From Octopus sinensis (Eukaryota), in the NCBI RefSeq assembly GCF_006345805.1, contig NC_043010.1, positions 11,470,001 through 11,534,000 on the forward strand: a stretch of 64,000 nucleotides of DNA, given 5' to 3'. Below the pieces are notes generated by a model. It had not been told where the DNA came from and did no database searches. It saw only the letters and a list, made by a program, of their open reading frames with translations. Shown here piece after piece: positions 25,430 to 39,767 of the stretch. Numbering within the stretch: position 1 is the first letter of the stretch; every line of letters starts with the position of its first letter. The position numbers and the translations under genes are program-made.

Positions 25430-25855
25430 GGCGCAGGAGTGGCTGTGTGGTAAGTAGCTTGTTTACCAACCACATGGTTCTGAGTTCAGTCCCACTGCAT
25501 GGCACCTTGGGCAAGTGTCTTCTACTTTAGCCTCGGGCTGACCAAAGCCTTGTGAGTGGATTTGGTAGACGGAAACTGAAAAGAAGCCCGTCGTATATAT
25601 GTATATATATATATATATATATATGCGTGTGTGTGTTTGTGTGTCTGTGTTTGTCCCCCTAGCATTGTTTGACAACCGATGCTGGTGTGTTTATATCCCC
25701 ATTACTTAGCGGTTCGGCAAAAGAGACCAATAGAATAAGTACTGGGCTTACAAAAGAATAAGTCCCAGGGTCGAGTTGCTCGATTAAAGGCGGTGCTCCA
25801 GCATGGCTGCAGTCAAATGACTGAAACAAGTAAAAGAGTAAAAGAGTAAAGAGAG
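25430..25855 (+). mobile_element. SINE family C, full length
   Basis: ggcgcaggagtggctgtgtggtaag... through ...taaaagagtaaaagag. Confidence 0.92.
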
Positions 25856-26241
25856 TGTTCAAAGTGACACACAGTCACTGATCTAAATAGAAACATTATT
25901 ATTTCTAAATCTCTCAATAACAGTTCTTTAAAGTAAAGGCTATTTGCCATCATAATATGGCTGTCCTGGAAGGGACAAATGTTACAGATGTTTAAGGATT
26001 GAGATAACATCTTTATATTCTCTCATCAAACTTTTGTGGCAAATACAGAGTTCATTCAATGACCTAATGATAGAAGGAAGAAGAAACTGGAATGAAAGCC
26101 ATCTTCACATTTCTAAAAAGAACACAAAATCTGACATAAATTAGCTGGTCCCACTGAAGAAATTGATACTCTTCTTTGCAGTAATACTGCCCGACTTTAT
26201 ACTTGTAAACTTCTACATTATTTATAAGCAGCTTGGTGGAT

Positions 26242-26627
26242 GTGGAAGCACTCCGTCAGTTACGACGATGAGGGTTCCGGTTGATCCGATCAACGGAACA
26301 GCCTGCTCATGAAATTAACGTGTAAGTGGCTGAGCACTCCACATACACGTGCACCCTTAACGTAGTTCTCGGGGATATTCAGCGTGACACAGAGAGTGAC
26401 AAGGCCGGCCCTTTGAAATACAGGTACAACAGAAACAGGAAGTAAGAGTGAGAGAAAGTTGTGGTGAAAGAGTACAGCAGGGATCACCACCATCTCTGCC
26501 GGAGCCTCATGGAGCTTTTAGGTGTTTTCGCTCAATAAACACTCACAACGCCCGGTCTGGGAATCGAAACCGCGATCCTATGACCGCGAGTCCGCTGCCC
26601 TAACCACTGGGCCATTGCGCCTCCACA
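26242..26627 (-). mobile_element. SINE with a family-D head and an alternative 3' body
   Basis: 16-bp TSD aagcagcttggtggat at 26226-26241 and 26628-26643 brackets the whole unit. Confidence 0.88.
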
Positions 26628-27684
26628 AAGCAGCTTGGTGGATTCAGTTGATGAAAGATAAGAGATTTTGCAATGGATAAAATAAAGTGCCAAAGGTAGA
26701 ACACTGACAATTTCTTACTTGGTTTGTTCAAAATGAAAGATGGATGAAAATGGTACAGTTTGTGGAGAAGGGCTGCGCATGAAATTTATAAGCTATTTTA
26801 ATGGCAACCCACAAGAAATTCCTTCTAGTTCTATGTCACAAAATTCAGTTTTGAACTGTCCATATTTAAATTTAAGCATTCCATCATAATTTTATGTGAG
26901 AATTTCTTGGTAGCTCATGTTCTAAACACCCCGTGAATAATGGCAAATATAGTTATTTTCCCTACATCTCTCCCCAAATTGAAGAATATTCTGGAAATAA
27001 ATTGAAATAACATAGGCAGTCACGAACAGGTTAAGGTATGTGATAGGGTTGAACTGAACAGTGGTGACATGTGCAGGAAGAGGAGGAGAGGAGGAGAGGA
27101 GGATATATTAAGTAGGTATAGTTAGGGGAAGGCATGCAGTCAGCAATTTTATTGAGACAGATGCCATTAAGTTAGAAGATACAGAGGAAAGATAAAGTTG
27201 AATGATGTGCTTGTTATTTGCCTATAGATGGCTGCCTTTTGCAGAGGTGGGGGGACATCTTGATTGCCTACTTTTGAAGGATTTTCAGTGGGTAGGGGAA
27301 TATTTTGATTGTTTATTGCTTAAAGGAATTTGATGTCTCCTTTACAAATTTTTCTTTTATATCAAAATTTGGGAACAATACTTGCTTACAAGTTTCCCCT
27401 GTGAGCCTATAATTGAGCTACCACTGTATCTCTGTTGGTGACAGTGACAAGTGAGTGTCTACAGAATAAATATCTCAATGGATTTACTTATTAAAACTTC
27501 TTTTTATTTCTTTATTTCTTTATTTTATTTATTTAATTTTTTTTTGCTTTTTCTTTAAGTTCTTGAAATCATTATATCTGACAGCGAAATACAATAGTAA
27601 TAAACAAATACACATACACACAGACATTTATACAAATTTTAATTTTTAAATTTCCTTTCCCATCATGCATAGCCAGCCAGACAG

Positions 27685-27709
27685 ACATAGATAAATAGAT
27701 AGATAGATT

Positions 27710-27763
<54 letters not shown>

Positions 27764-27820
27764 AAGACAGACCGATAGATAGATAGAAAGATAGATAGGC
27801 AGACAGACAGATAGATAGAT

Positions 27821-27871
<51 letters not shown>

Positions 27872-27891
27872 AGATAGATAGATAGATAGAT

Positions 27892-27956
<65 letters not shown>

Positions 27957-27975
27957 TAGATAAATAGATAGATAT
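27685..27975. repeat. (AGAT)n/(AGAC)n microsatellite
   Basis: Read directly from the sequence. Confidence 0.95.
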
Positions 27976-30029
27976 GAAGGGTCTTCTGCACAATTTCTGA
28001 CTTAGCTATTTCCCCTTGCAAAGTATTGGTCAGCATGAAACTACAGACAGAGAAGACAGACAGATCGGCAGACCAGGTAGGCAGAAAGAAAAACAGACAG
28101 AATAGCGGTCAGTGTGAGACTACTGTTGTAGGGAACATGTGCGAACAACCCCCCACCCTCACCCACAAGTACATGTCTGCAAAGTAAATTTGCTAAGCAT
28201 ACAGTCATGTCTGATTCCATTACTTTAAGTATGAGTCATTTGTTCAGCAATGATATTCTTTAACCTCACACATTTTATAACAGACAAATCAATAAAGTTA
28301 GTTAGTTAATGTAAGCCAGGATTGAACTATATTTCTCATATTTCAGTCTGAATATTTGCTAAAGTATACTAGTCTTGACATTGCTCTAAAATCAATAAGT
28401 AATGATAAATAATAAAAAATAATAAAATATCATTAAAGTACAAAATTTATTCCATGCTAAAAGCCATAAACAACAATATACTGACCTGACTATTAATATT
28501 CCGATCGAGTAAAAGCCATAACATAGCGGAAATATAAAGTAAAAAAAAAAAAAATAATAAAATAATAAAAAAAAAATGAAATAATAAAAAAGACAGCAAA
28601 AGCAATATTTTTTCAATTATTGATGGAAATAATAAAATACAAGCAAAAACGAAATATCGGACATCATCAACAACTATAATGATTTTAAACACATTTAATA
28701 GAAAAAAAATATATATATAAATAAAACAAATGACCAAATGACAATAACAAAAATACAACAATAACAGAAATGAAAACATTCAACAATGCTACAAACATTG
28801 CAACAGGTGCTAAAATTAATTTAATCAAAATAAATGCAGACCAGTGTTTTTGATTATAGAAAATTAAAATAAAATTCTTTGTCAGTCAGCCTTCCTTTAT
28901 CAATAATAGTTTCCATGGGATTATTAAAAAAACATTTTCAATATAGAATAACTTTTGCTAATGAATTCTTAGAATATTTTGCATAGCTTATTTCTTCAGG
29001 AATCATTGTCGTATGCCACTTAGAATTACTAAAGTGTTTGATTTACATATCCGTATTGACTTTAAGAATATATGTAAATAGCTGGTGTTAAAATCAAATA
29101 TATTTAGCAAGAAAAATGCTATGCTATGTCTACAAACTATTAACAGCATATCAAGCATAAATGTAGCTGTAGTATTTGTGTTGCTGTTGAAGTTTATATA
29201 TGATAAAACATTTCTAAAGCTATCCTACAACTTCCTACTTGAGGTTATTATATACATTAATTCATATTGAATAAATTATCTTGCATTACTTTATGTCTAT
29301 CAGGATTCAACATCTAAGTTCTTTTGAAGCTAAAAGGCACTGAGTAACTGAACAAATATAATTCCACCCTATGTAGCAATCTTAAAAGTTGTTAAATTAG
29401 CATTAACATATTTAAAGTAATGAGCATCAAAAAACCTAATTTAAAATAGTTTCATGGTGAAGAAACGACAATATTAGCTCAATGACGCATATTATATAAA
29501 TGCTGTGGAGTACCATTGAATAAATCTATAGATTTTGGTCGAGACTGTGAGTAAGAAACAGATGTAACTCTGCATAACTTCTCTTTTCATAGACTGAAAA
29601 ATAAGAAATAGCTGGTCTAGTTTTATTCCTGTATTGGGATTTCACTAAAAACTGAGTACCATCTTTAACTGTACATGGAATCACTATTATAAATTCACTA
29701 TTTGAAAGTAAATCAATTTGCATATGTAATGTTATTTCACCAAATTCTGTTGAGAAGATACTAAGAATACAGTAGAAAACATTTGCTCAAAGTGTCATAC
29801 AGTGCAATTTAATGTGATTGCAATATGAACATCCAAACCATTTAGCCATGTCCACACTGATAGTGGGTCCACAATTCACTATGGTGGGTCAAAAAAAAAT
29901 CAACAAAAACTGGAATTTACAAGGGAATTTCTTTGTAAATATTTCACATGTTCAATATAGCATTCAAATGTCTTGCAACATTTTTTTTTTGCAACCTTAA
30001 ACCTGGGATTGCCTCAGTTTTATAATACA

Positions 30030-30333
30030 CTAGCAGTATCGCCCAGCGTTGCTCGGGTTTGTAAGGGAAATAACTATATAAGCATTTTTAGGGAGTTACT
30101 TCCCTTATATAATAGCCAAAAAATGCATTAAAAATGGAAAAATATGATGGTAAATTTTTTTTTAAATCGTAGACTCATCGTAGACGCACGCTAATACCCA
30201 GAAGGGTTCGATATGAATCACAACTATAAGATACCCACTTTTGGTTAAACTGCACCGCAAAATGTGGGAGTAGTTAGGAATCTAAATCATAGGAGACAGA
30301 CACCACACAACTTCACTTTTATATATATAAATA
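30030..30333 (-). mobile_element. Non-autonomous Helitron, shorter variant with one internal unit
   Basis: Same termini and body as 2887-3290; 304 bp. Confidence 0.85.
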
Positions 30334-31419
30334 TTTTGTTAAGTTTTGTACAAAGCAATGGTTTAATAGTGAAAAATGTCAATTATTTTACTAAATCCCT
30401 TCTAAAATTTTGATATTTTTGAAAATCATGCTGAAACACATGGCCAATGTATTTCATAAAGACATATGGCCATGGAAAGGTCACAATATAGAACATGAGT
30501 CTGTTCTAAGTATTAAGACAAAATGCCCCTAATAAAGATATTGTTTTCAGATGATCTTTGTGGAGCTAATGGCTTTTTAAGCAATGGGTTTTTGATTAAT
30601 GAGACACACAGAAGTGGGAAGATACAAGAATGTATATTGATCACTACAATTGTTTCAACCGATCTAGCATTGATTGCTTGTGGGTGAGAAACTGAACAAC
30701 TGGCTTAGGAGTATAAATCGATGCAGATGTGTCTTTTCAGGTGATTACAAGATGTATCTCATTAAAATAACGTCTGTTCCACAAGATTTCTTCTCAGTAT
30801 GTATATATAAATTTATACTGTAAAGTTTACAATGGCATGCACTCAAAGATTTTGCTGGCACTGCAATTGTAAATTCAGTACATTTAATAGAGACATAAGA
30901 TAGTCATAAACATCTGTCCTGTATATATATTCTTACGAAGAAGAGTAAACAAGAGACTGGAAGGATGACATTGTTTCAACTATTTTTATGCTTACATTAG
31001 ATCTCCTACATTTGATGGTCACCACAAACTATATCTGCAGTTACTACTTTTATACTCATCCCTAACTTAGGTGAACTGAATTCAACAATGATTTAAATCT
31101 TTGGATAGGAGCCCAAGGACTCAAAAGGCCAGAGGTTAACTGAGTTTCTATGGCATATAAGTGATTGAAATTACAACAGCTGCTACTGTATGGGATGTCA
31201 CTCTAACATAGGCTTAACTTCCCAGCAATAGCTGGAAAGCATTTACGGATGTATGACCCAGAGCAATATGATACAAAGGGTTTTGATAAAGGGCATAATG
31301 CACCACCCTCCATAAATTGAAACCACAACACTCTAATCACTTAGGTGTGTGTCTTCGCAATAAAAACAAATTCCTTTGTGTATACTCCATAGTATTTTAC
31401 AGTTTATCATAAGAGTGCA

Positions 31420-31655
31420 TGCATGTATGTATTGTATGTATGTATGTATCTATGTATGTATGTACGTATATATGTATGTACGTATGTATGCATGTATGCA
31501 TGTATGTATTGTATGTATTGTATGTATGTAATGTATGTATTGTATGTATGTATGTATGTATGTATGTATGTATGTATGTATGTATGTATGTATGTATGTA
31601 TGTATATATGTATGTATGTATGTATGCAAACAGACATTTATGCATACTTTCACAC

Positions 31656-31696
<41 letters not shown>

Positions 31697-31706
31697 ATAT
31701 ATATAT

Positions 31707-31739
<33 letters not shown>

Positions 31740-31762
31740 CATACATATATATATATATACAT

Positions 31763-31800
<38 letters not shown>
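31420..31800. repeat. (TATG)n and (TA)n microsatellite
   Basis: Read directly from the sequence. Confidence 0.95.
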
Positions 31801-31802
<2 letters not shown>

Positions 31803-32797
31803 GACTCTTGCATATTTGAAAGTTTTGCAACTCAACTAGGAGTTAAAAACCTTAAAAAACCAACCAGATCAATAGTATTGTTCTTGTATATTAATAGAAC
31901 ATCTATCTTTACAATCACCCTCTTGACATACATTCCATCTTCATAGGAATTAAACGAAAATCTCCTTTACCATTTCTGAATAACCTCCTCTATTGCACCT
32001 CCGCCTGCAATCCAACTCAGCCACCCCCGACCCACCCAGCTTATTATTATTATTATTATTGGAAGTCGAATGCCTTCATTTTGAAAACTACGCAGGCGGA
32101 TTAAGCAGCAGATTAATCCAAAATTCTCCACAGTCATATCAAGAAGTAAAATCTAATTTGTATCAAAAAATTAATTCACACTTCATTCAACCACAATGAT
32201 AAGTATATTAGATATGAGGTTGGGAAATATACTGACAGATATAGGTTATTGGCACTGCTTAGTCATCCCGAACAGTTGTGTATTGTTCATCATTTTTATT
32301 GTACTTATATACACAGGGTGAGCTAAAATTCACACACCAAAACATCTGATTTTTTTTTTGATTGTATTACATTATTATTATTATTATTGTTTTTTTCCCC
32401 TTCTTTCTTCAAATTTTCTTCCATTTCTCACCGAGTGCTTTCTGTACACCTAGGGCAGAGAAGCTCATTGTATGCATTCCCAGATTACACACTCAAATTC
32501 ACAGGTAAAATATTTATTTAAAAAAATTAATAAATAAATAAATTCATGAATGGATGTTATTTTTCACAGCGATAATGCTCTTCTCAGTACATGAGTGGTT
32601 CCAGTTAACATGATTTTTTGCACTTCCTATATATATATGCAAGAAGGCTTCTTTCAGTTTCCATCTATCAAATCTACTGACAAGGTATTGGTCGACCCAA
32701 TAGTAAAAAAAAACTTGCCCAGAGTGCTACAGAGTGCTTACGTCTGAGAAGCAAAGATCTTTACCACACAACCACAACTGATATACATATATGTACA

Positions 32798-33215
32798 CTT
32801 TACTCTTTTACTCTTTTACTTGTTTCAGTCATTTGACTGTAGCCATGCTGGAGCACCGCCTTTGGTCGAGCAACTCGACCCCAGGACTTATTCTTTTTGT
32901 AAGCCAAGTACTTATTCTATCAGTCTCTTTTTGCCGAACCACTAAGTGATGGGGACTTAAACACACCAGCATCGGTTGTCAAGCAATGCTAGGGGGACAA
33001 ACACAGACACACAAACACACAAACACACACACATACATATATATACATATATACAACAGGCTTCTTTCAGTTTCCGTCTACCAAATCCACTCACAAGGCA
33101 TTGGTCGACCGGGGCTATAGCAGAAGACACTTGCCCAAGATGCCACGCAGTGGGATTGAACCCGGAACCATGTGGTTGGTTAGCAAGCTACTTACCACAC
33201 AGCCACTCCTGCGCC
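32798..33215 (-). mobile_element. SINE family C, full length
   Basis: Reverse complement of the 25430 copy. Confidence 0.92.
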
Positions 33216-33449
33216 TAATGTATATAAAAACAAAATATCAAGGATAGTCATAGCTGGTATAGTGTTGAGCATGGATTTACTTAGTCAAGGCTAACCCATG
33301 GTTAAATAGAAACAACAAATAATATACCCTACTAAAATAATGCGACAGGGGTATGCTATGTAACATGGCTGTATATCATAACAAGTATGTGTAACACATA
33401 TGTAGAAATAAGTGATAGATGGATGCAACAGATGTTTAAGAAAGGATAC

Positions 33450-33865
33450 AGTTGGCTGTGTGGTAAGTAGCTTGCTTACCCACCACATGGTTCCGGGTTC
33501 AGTCCCACTGCGTGGCACCTTGGGCAAGTGTCTTCTACTATAGCCTTGGGCCGACCAGAGCCTTGTGAGTGGATTTGGTAGATGGAAACTGAAAGAAGCC
33601 CGTCGTATATATGTATGTATATATGTGTATGTATATGTGAGTGTATGTTTGTGTGTCTGTGTTTGTCCGACCAACATCGCTTAACAACCGATGCTGGTGT
33701 GTTTACGACCCAGTAACTTAGCGGTTCGGTAAAAGTGACCGATAGAATAAGTACTGGGCTTACAAAGAATAAGTGTTGGGGTCGATTTGATCGACTAAAG
33801 GTGGTGCTCCAGCATGGCCACAGTCAAATGACTGAAACAAGTAAACGAGTAAACGAGTAAACGAG
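33450..33865 (+). mobile_element. SINE family C
   Basis: Near full length; tail is (taaacgag)n. Confidence 0.9.
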
Positions 33866-34404
33866 ATATGATGTGATACACAAAATTGGTTGAACAAAAA
33901 TTAAGATTTTACTGAATTGATTCTTATTCATATATTTTAAAACTCAAACGGTGGGCATTAATATTGTATGATACACATTTCCAATAGCTACTCACTGGTT
34001 TAATTGCATTTATGACAACAAAAGAAACAACAGAGTCTGTTAACTATAGTAACTTCATTTAAAGAGCATTGGATTTTTACTAATATGATTTTTACTTCTT
34101 AGACGCAAGCACTCTGTAGCACTCTGGGCAAGTTTTCTTTTACTATAGCCTTGGGTCAACCAATACCTTGTCAGTGGATTTGGTAGATGGAAACTGAAAG
34201 AAGCCTTCTTGTATATATATATATATATATATATATTCTGGAGTTCATGGAAAGAGCCATGGAAAGGTCAATGCTTGGTATCTCGTACATAGTTTACTGA
34301 TAAACATAGGCAAATTATATGCATACATATATCCACACATGAATATATTATACACATACATATGCACATGTATGAATATTTATATTTATATATGTGTGTA
34401 TATA

Positions 34405-34449
<45 letters not shown>

Positions 34450-34574
34450 TATATATATATATATATGTCTGTATGTATTGGGATGCATATACATATACAT
34501 ACACACACACACACACACACACACATACATATGCATATCTCTCTCCTGATATTTATACTGTGACCAAGGCAGCA

Positions 34575-34787
34575 AGCTAGCAAAATCATTAGCATACCAG
34601 GTAAAATGCTTAGTAGCATTTCATCTGCCTTTACCTTCTGAGTTCAAATTCTGTCAAAGTCGACTCAGCCCTTAATCCTTTCTGGGTCAATAAAATAAAT
34701 ACTGGCTGAGCACTGAAGTCGATGAAATTGATTTACCCACTTACCCCAAAATTGCTGGCTTTGTGCCAATGTTTGAAACCAATATTT
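34575..34787 (+). mobile_element. SINE family B variant (3' end ...tttgaaaccaat)
   Basis: Matches the family-B head and core with a different 3' end. Confidence 0.75.
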
Positions 34788-34975
34788 GTACCGTGGCTGT
34801 ATAAATACCAGGAGCGAGATTTTTTCTTCATGTCTACATGTTATAAAATATATCTTAGCAGAAACAATGATTAAACCACTGGACACATCATAAAACATAC
34901 TAATGCTGCTTTAGGTCATTTTTTATATTCATACGACACTGGTTATATTAACTATGAAGTTCATTACTTCACCTT

Positions 34976-35012
<37 letters not shown>

Positions 35013-35492
35013 CTAAATGCATGTGTTCATTCAAACATTCACAGTTACATATATCTTATTTGGAACTGGTTTTCAAAACACATAACAGCATGTAACTATT
35101 GGATTTGAAAAACCTTTAGGATAGAAAAAGTTAAGACTGCCCATGGGATGAGAACCCACATCTCCTGTACACAAAGAGTTTTACTACATAATATTTAGAT
35201 GCTATCATTTATAGCATTTATCTATTTTGAGAATCAGTTCCAAAAAAGAAATATTTCACATTTTCTCCAAAGTTTATAAATTCTTATGTCATCAATAACA
35301 TATGTATGTATATATATAATGGACTCTCCCTTTGGCTTCGACATATGAGGATCTGACAACCTACTCTTTCTTTGTCAGTCATAATGCTCATGTTGAATGT
35401 GACATATAAGTCCCTCTAACGATTTACAAAAAAAGCCCACAGATCTTACAAGTATGAGGATTACAGGTCAGTGCTGGTGGTATATTTGCAGC

Positions 35493-35710
35493 GGCGAGCT
35501 GGCAGAAACGTTAGCACGCTGGGCGAAGTGCTTAGTGGTAATTCGTCTGTCTTTACGTTCTGAGTTCAAATTCTGCCAAGGTCAACTTCGCCTTTCATCC
35601 TTTCGGGGTCGATAAATTAAGTACCAGTTACGCACTGGGGTCGATGTAATCGACTTAATACCTATGTTTGTCCTCTCTATGTTTAGCCCCTTGTGAGTAA
35701 TAAAGAAATA
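35493..35710 (+). mobile_element. SINE family B
   Basis: Full length. 14-bp TSD ggtatatttgcagc at 35479-35492 and 35711-35724. Confidence 0.9.
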
Positions 35711-35859
35711 GGTATATTTGCAGCCACTTTTCTCCTTTGCCTTGCATACTGAAGCCTGTTAATGCTGATTGCAACAAAGTTTCTAATAATTTAGATAACA
35801 AAATATACAGTTGATATGAAAGTGCTATGTTACTGAATGTCTTTATTTTTTATCCTTTT

Positions 35860-36425
35860 GTCTTCAGCTTGTTTCAGTCATTAGACTGCAGCCATGCAGG
35901 GGGAGTTGGGGATACTACCTTGAAGGGTTTTAGTTTTTAAAAATTCAACCCCTGTACTTATTTTATATTTTGTTGAGCCTGGTATTTATTCTGTCAGCCT
36001 CTTTTGCTGAACTGCTAAGTTATAAGGGACATAACCAAACCAACACTAGTTGTCAAATGGTGGTGGTGACACACACACATACATACATTTATACATACAT
36101 ACATATATACATATACACACATACACTTACATACATAAATACATGTGTACATACATACATTCGTACATTTGTATCTACATACGTTCATACATATGTACAT
36201 ACATACATACATACACACATACCTACATACATAAATACATACATTCATACATACACGTATATGATGGGATTCTTTCAGTTTCCATCTTCCAAATCTGTTC
36301 ACAAAGTTTTGATTAGTCTGGGGTCAAAGTAGAAAACATTTGCCCAAGCTGCCTTGCAGTGGGACTGAACCTAGAACCATATGGTCGAGAAGCAACTTTC
36401 TTACCACACATACATGTCTGCATCT
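35860..36425 (-). mobile_element. Diverged SINE family C with expanded central microsatellite
   Basis: Head and tail motifs are recognisable on the minus strand. Confidence 0.7.
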
Positions 36426-37699
36426 ATATAAATACATATATTTCTTGTAAAAGCAACAAGAATCAGCTAACTTTGTTGCCGTTAATACTATGATATTTAT
36501 GATATAATTTGAAGTTAGACATAATGAGATGCGCTTAGCTAAGAAACATTCCTACAAAAATGGTAAAGAATTAATAATACAGAAAATGAAATACATACAG
36601 TGAGAAGACGAAGATGCAGATAGGCAGATGTTCTAAGGAGAAGCCTTTACAGTAGCTTAAAAAACTTCTCTCTGCATATTACATTCTTTTGAAGGCTGAA
36701 ATTATGAAAGATTTTACTAGAAAAATTGGAAATGTAACAACTAAGTTACTAAGAGCATCTGACAAATAGATATAAGACTAATTTGAAGCTGGCTTGGGAT
36801 TTATCACCCTACTATGTTGAGTATCCAAATATGAGGAGAAGGCAGCTTGTTCAGATTATTAACTCCAGTGTAATCTATGTAAAAGAGTTCACAATGGTCA
36901 TTTCTATACTACCGCTTATCAAAAGTGTTATTGATAATATGTAAGGAAAAGTGCAAAAGTGCGATGCATTCACCGTGATTTTTTAAAACTTAGAAATGGA
37001 TTTGGTTGCGTAAGACTTGTATTTAGTTTTAGTTGTAGCAGACCACTTGAAGACATTGTAGGAGATGAAAGGTAATGATTTCTTCAGCCGTCAAAAAGGA
37101 TGTTGCAATAAAGGGTAAGAAAGCAACATATTTATACTGTGACTGTATAAATACCAGGAGCGAGATTTTTTCTTCATGTCTACATGTTATAAAATATATC
37201 CTAGCAGAAATATGATGTGAAAAGGATTTTTTTTTTCTGGGTGATGGTCATGAAGTTTACATGACGCTCTGTATTTATCCACACAAAGCAAGTGATTTAA
37301 GACCTTGGTCGTAATGGGAACTACATCAAGAAGTATGTTGCTTCGGTTTAATAACATTGGCCATTATGAAAGCTAGATCAAGAAGTGTGTTGTTCTATTT
37401 TAATAACTAAGTCCATGGATTTTGAAATGAATAGCTGAAGTAGAACAAAATGGTTTGTCAAGTGTGATTTATTCTACTGAGAGTGAAGTTTAGGACAAGA
37501 CGGAGGGCTAATGTTGAGGCCTTGCAGTAGTTATGACAATAAGAATCATATTTTTTATTTATTTTAATTTTCATGGCTTAATCAGAGGAGAAATGGCATT
37601 GTTCTCAACCTTTTTGAGAACCTCCAAGACTATAAGAAGAAAAAATTAAGCTATCCTCAGACCAAAAGAAAAGATGATAGGTGAATGTTTGACAAATTG

Positions 37700-37913
37700 G
37701 TTTCAATTTTTGGCACAAGGCCAGCAATTTCAAGGGAAGAACTAAATTGATTACATCAACCCCAGTGCTCCACTCATACTTATTTTATCAACCTCAAAAG
37801 AATGAAAAGCAAAGTCGACCTTGGTGGAATTTGAACTCAGAACTGAAAGATGGACAAAATGCCATGAAGCATTTTGCCTGGTGTGCTAACAATTCTGCCA
37901 GCTCACCACCTTA
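37700..37913 (-). mobile_element. SINE family B variant
   Basis: Reverse-complement match to the 34575 variant. Confidence 0.75.
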
Positions 37914-38324
37914 AATGTTTGATAAATTATTAACAAGCAACGCAGAGCAGATGGTTACTTGCTATGCATAAGTGATTGGTGTAAATAATATGGCCTGACA
38001 TAGTAACATAGCAGCACATTTTGGTCAGCCAATTTGATTCGTTGTGCTTAAGTTGGGGGGTCATGTATAATAGACATACTAAGAGGATTATAACAATTGT
38101 AATTTCGTCATTTCTATAAGCAGATTTGCTGTCAATGATAATCGTCAAGATAGACTGGATGAAGTATCCAACAATTGACAGATATTCTTATAACTAAAGA
38201 CAGCTTTGTGGAGATGTATCTTCCAACATTTTGTTGTACTATTGTTGGAAGTGGTGACCTGAGTTGAGAAGAGGTCGAAACAGTGAAGTAGAGTTCAGAA
38301 AGAATAAGCTTGAGCTGGTTGGGA

Positions 38325-38374
<50 letters not shown>

Positions 38375-38525
38375 GGAGAGAGAGAGAGAGAGAGAGGGAG
38401 GGAGAGAGAAGGGGGTTAGCTTAGAGGAAGTCATGAAGTCCATTGCAAGAATTTATAGTTTTAACACTTTTGATACCAATTCATTTATGTCAGCCCCTAG
38501 TTCCATGATACTAACTTCCTGATTC

Positions 38526-38710
38526 ATCATCATCATCATCATCATCGTTTAATGTCTGCTTTCCATGCTAACATGGGTTGGACGAATGACTGAGGGCTGG
38601 CGAACCAGATGGCTGCACCAGGATTCAATCTTGATCTGGCAGAGTTTCTACAGCTGGATGCTCTTCCTAACGCCAACCACTCCGAGAGTGTAGCGGGTGC
38701 TTTGACGTGG
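38526..38710 (-). mobile_element. Retroposon family I, 5'-truncated
   Basis: (CAT)n followed by the reverse-complement family-I end. Confidence 0.82.
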
Positions 38711-39767
38711 TAAAAATTCTAAATTAAAACCTTACATGGAATTTCATAGTAATTCATATTTCAAATAACTGATTGATAATTACAAAGTTGTCTCATTAAA
38801 CTCTTCCTTATAGAAGCAAAGGTAATTGAAGCAAAAGCGATTTGTTTCAATAGAAAGAGATGACAAAAAGAAGCTAAGGTTATGTTTGAACTGATGTTAA
38901 CTTAAAAATTGAGTTTAATGTTAAATTTAGTCTTAAAGTCACAATTAGTTTGTTTAGTCTTGTATAATGCAATTGTTGTATGGAGGGTTTTACTTCTCTG
39001 GTTTCCAGTATTTCACTTTATATTTAAAACTGTAGTTAATTGGAGGTTATCAGGCATAATAAAATGAACAAAAAATGTTTCAATCAGTTAAAATTGCACC
39101 TATATTAGAGAGAAACATCATCGACTATATTAATAATTCTTGTAAAGAAAAACAAGGGAGATGACTTTGAAATGGAAACTGACCAAAAGTTGAATGAGGA
39201 CATGCAGTGATGAGGGTAGATGGGCTTGATTTTTAGCGAGTGCAGGGACAATTTCAGGCATGTTTCAATTTTATTACACCTTTTCAATGAAGTATAGACT
39301 TAATTGTGTTTATTTGATCTGAGAATGGCTATGGAAATATACAGATTTTAATGAGAAAAACTATAGAGATTTAAGGAATATATAGATTTTAGTGGCAGTA
39401 ATGACATGAGAAAATTTCTCGGTGATCTTTGCAGGAAGAACGTATAATTTAGTGAGTAGGTGGGGGATGGAAGCTTACAATTAGAGTTAAATATTCCTTA
39501 TGGACTCATATCACCCTTATTTTTATGCTATTTGTTTCTACTCTGTGTACTAACCTTGGCAATATCTAACTTCTCTTAGTGTTATTTCTAAATCTGGAGT
39601 TGTATGTATTGTCCTATGAAGTTAACATGCCTACATTTTCTACAATATATGTATAAGCATATTATTTACAATATCATTTATGAAATGTGGCCAAACACAG
39701 TATGGAATTCATAATGTATGTTTGACCACAGTTTCATATGTTTCAAGATAGCAACCAAAAGTCTTAC

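Noticed and set aside
37930-38260. Possible next (third) protocadherin tail exon after acceptor-like ctcttctcaactcag| at 38259
   Set aside because: In the phase required by the 39768 donor it reads GHHFQQ* and has further stops; I see no convincing match to known tails. It still merits a tBLASTn check.
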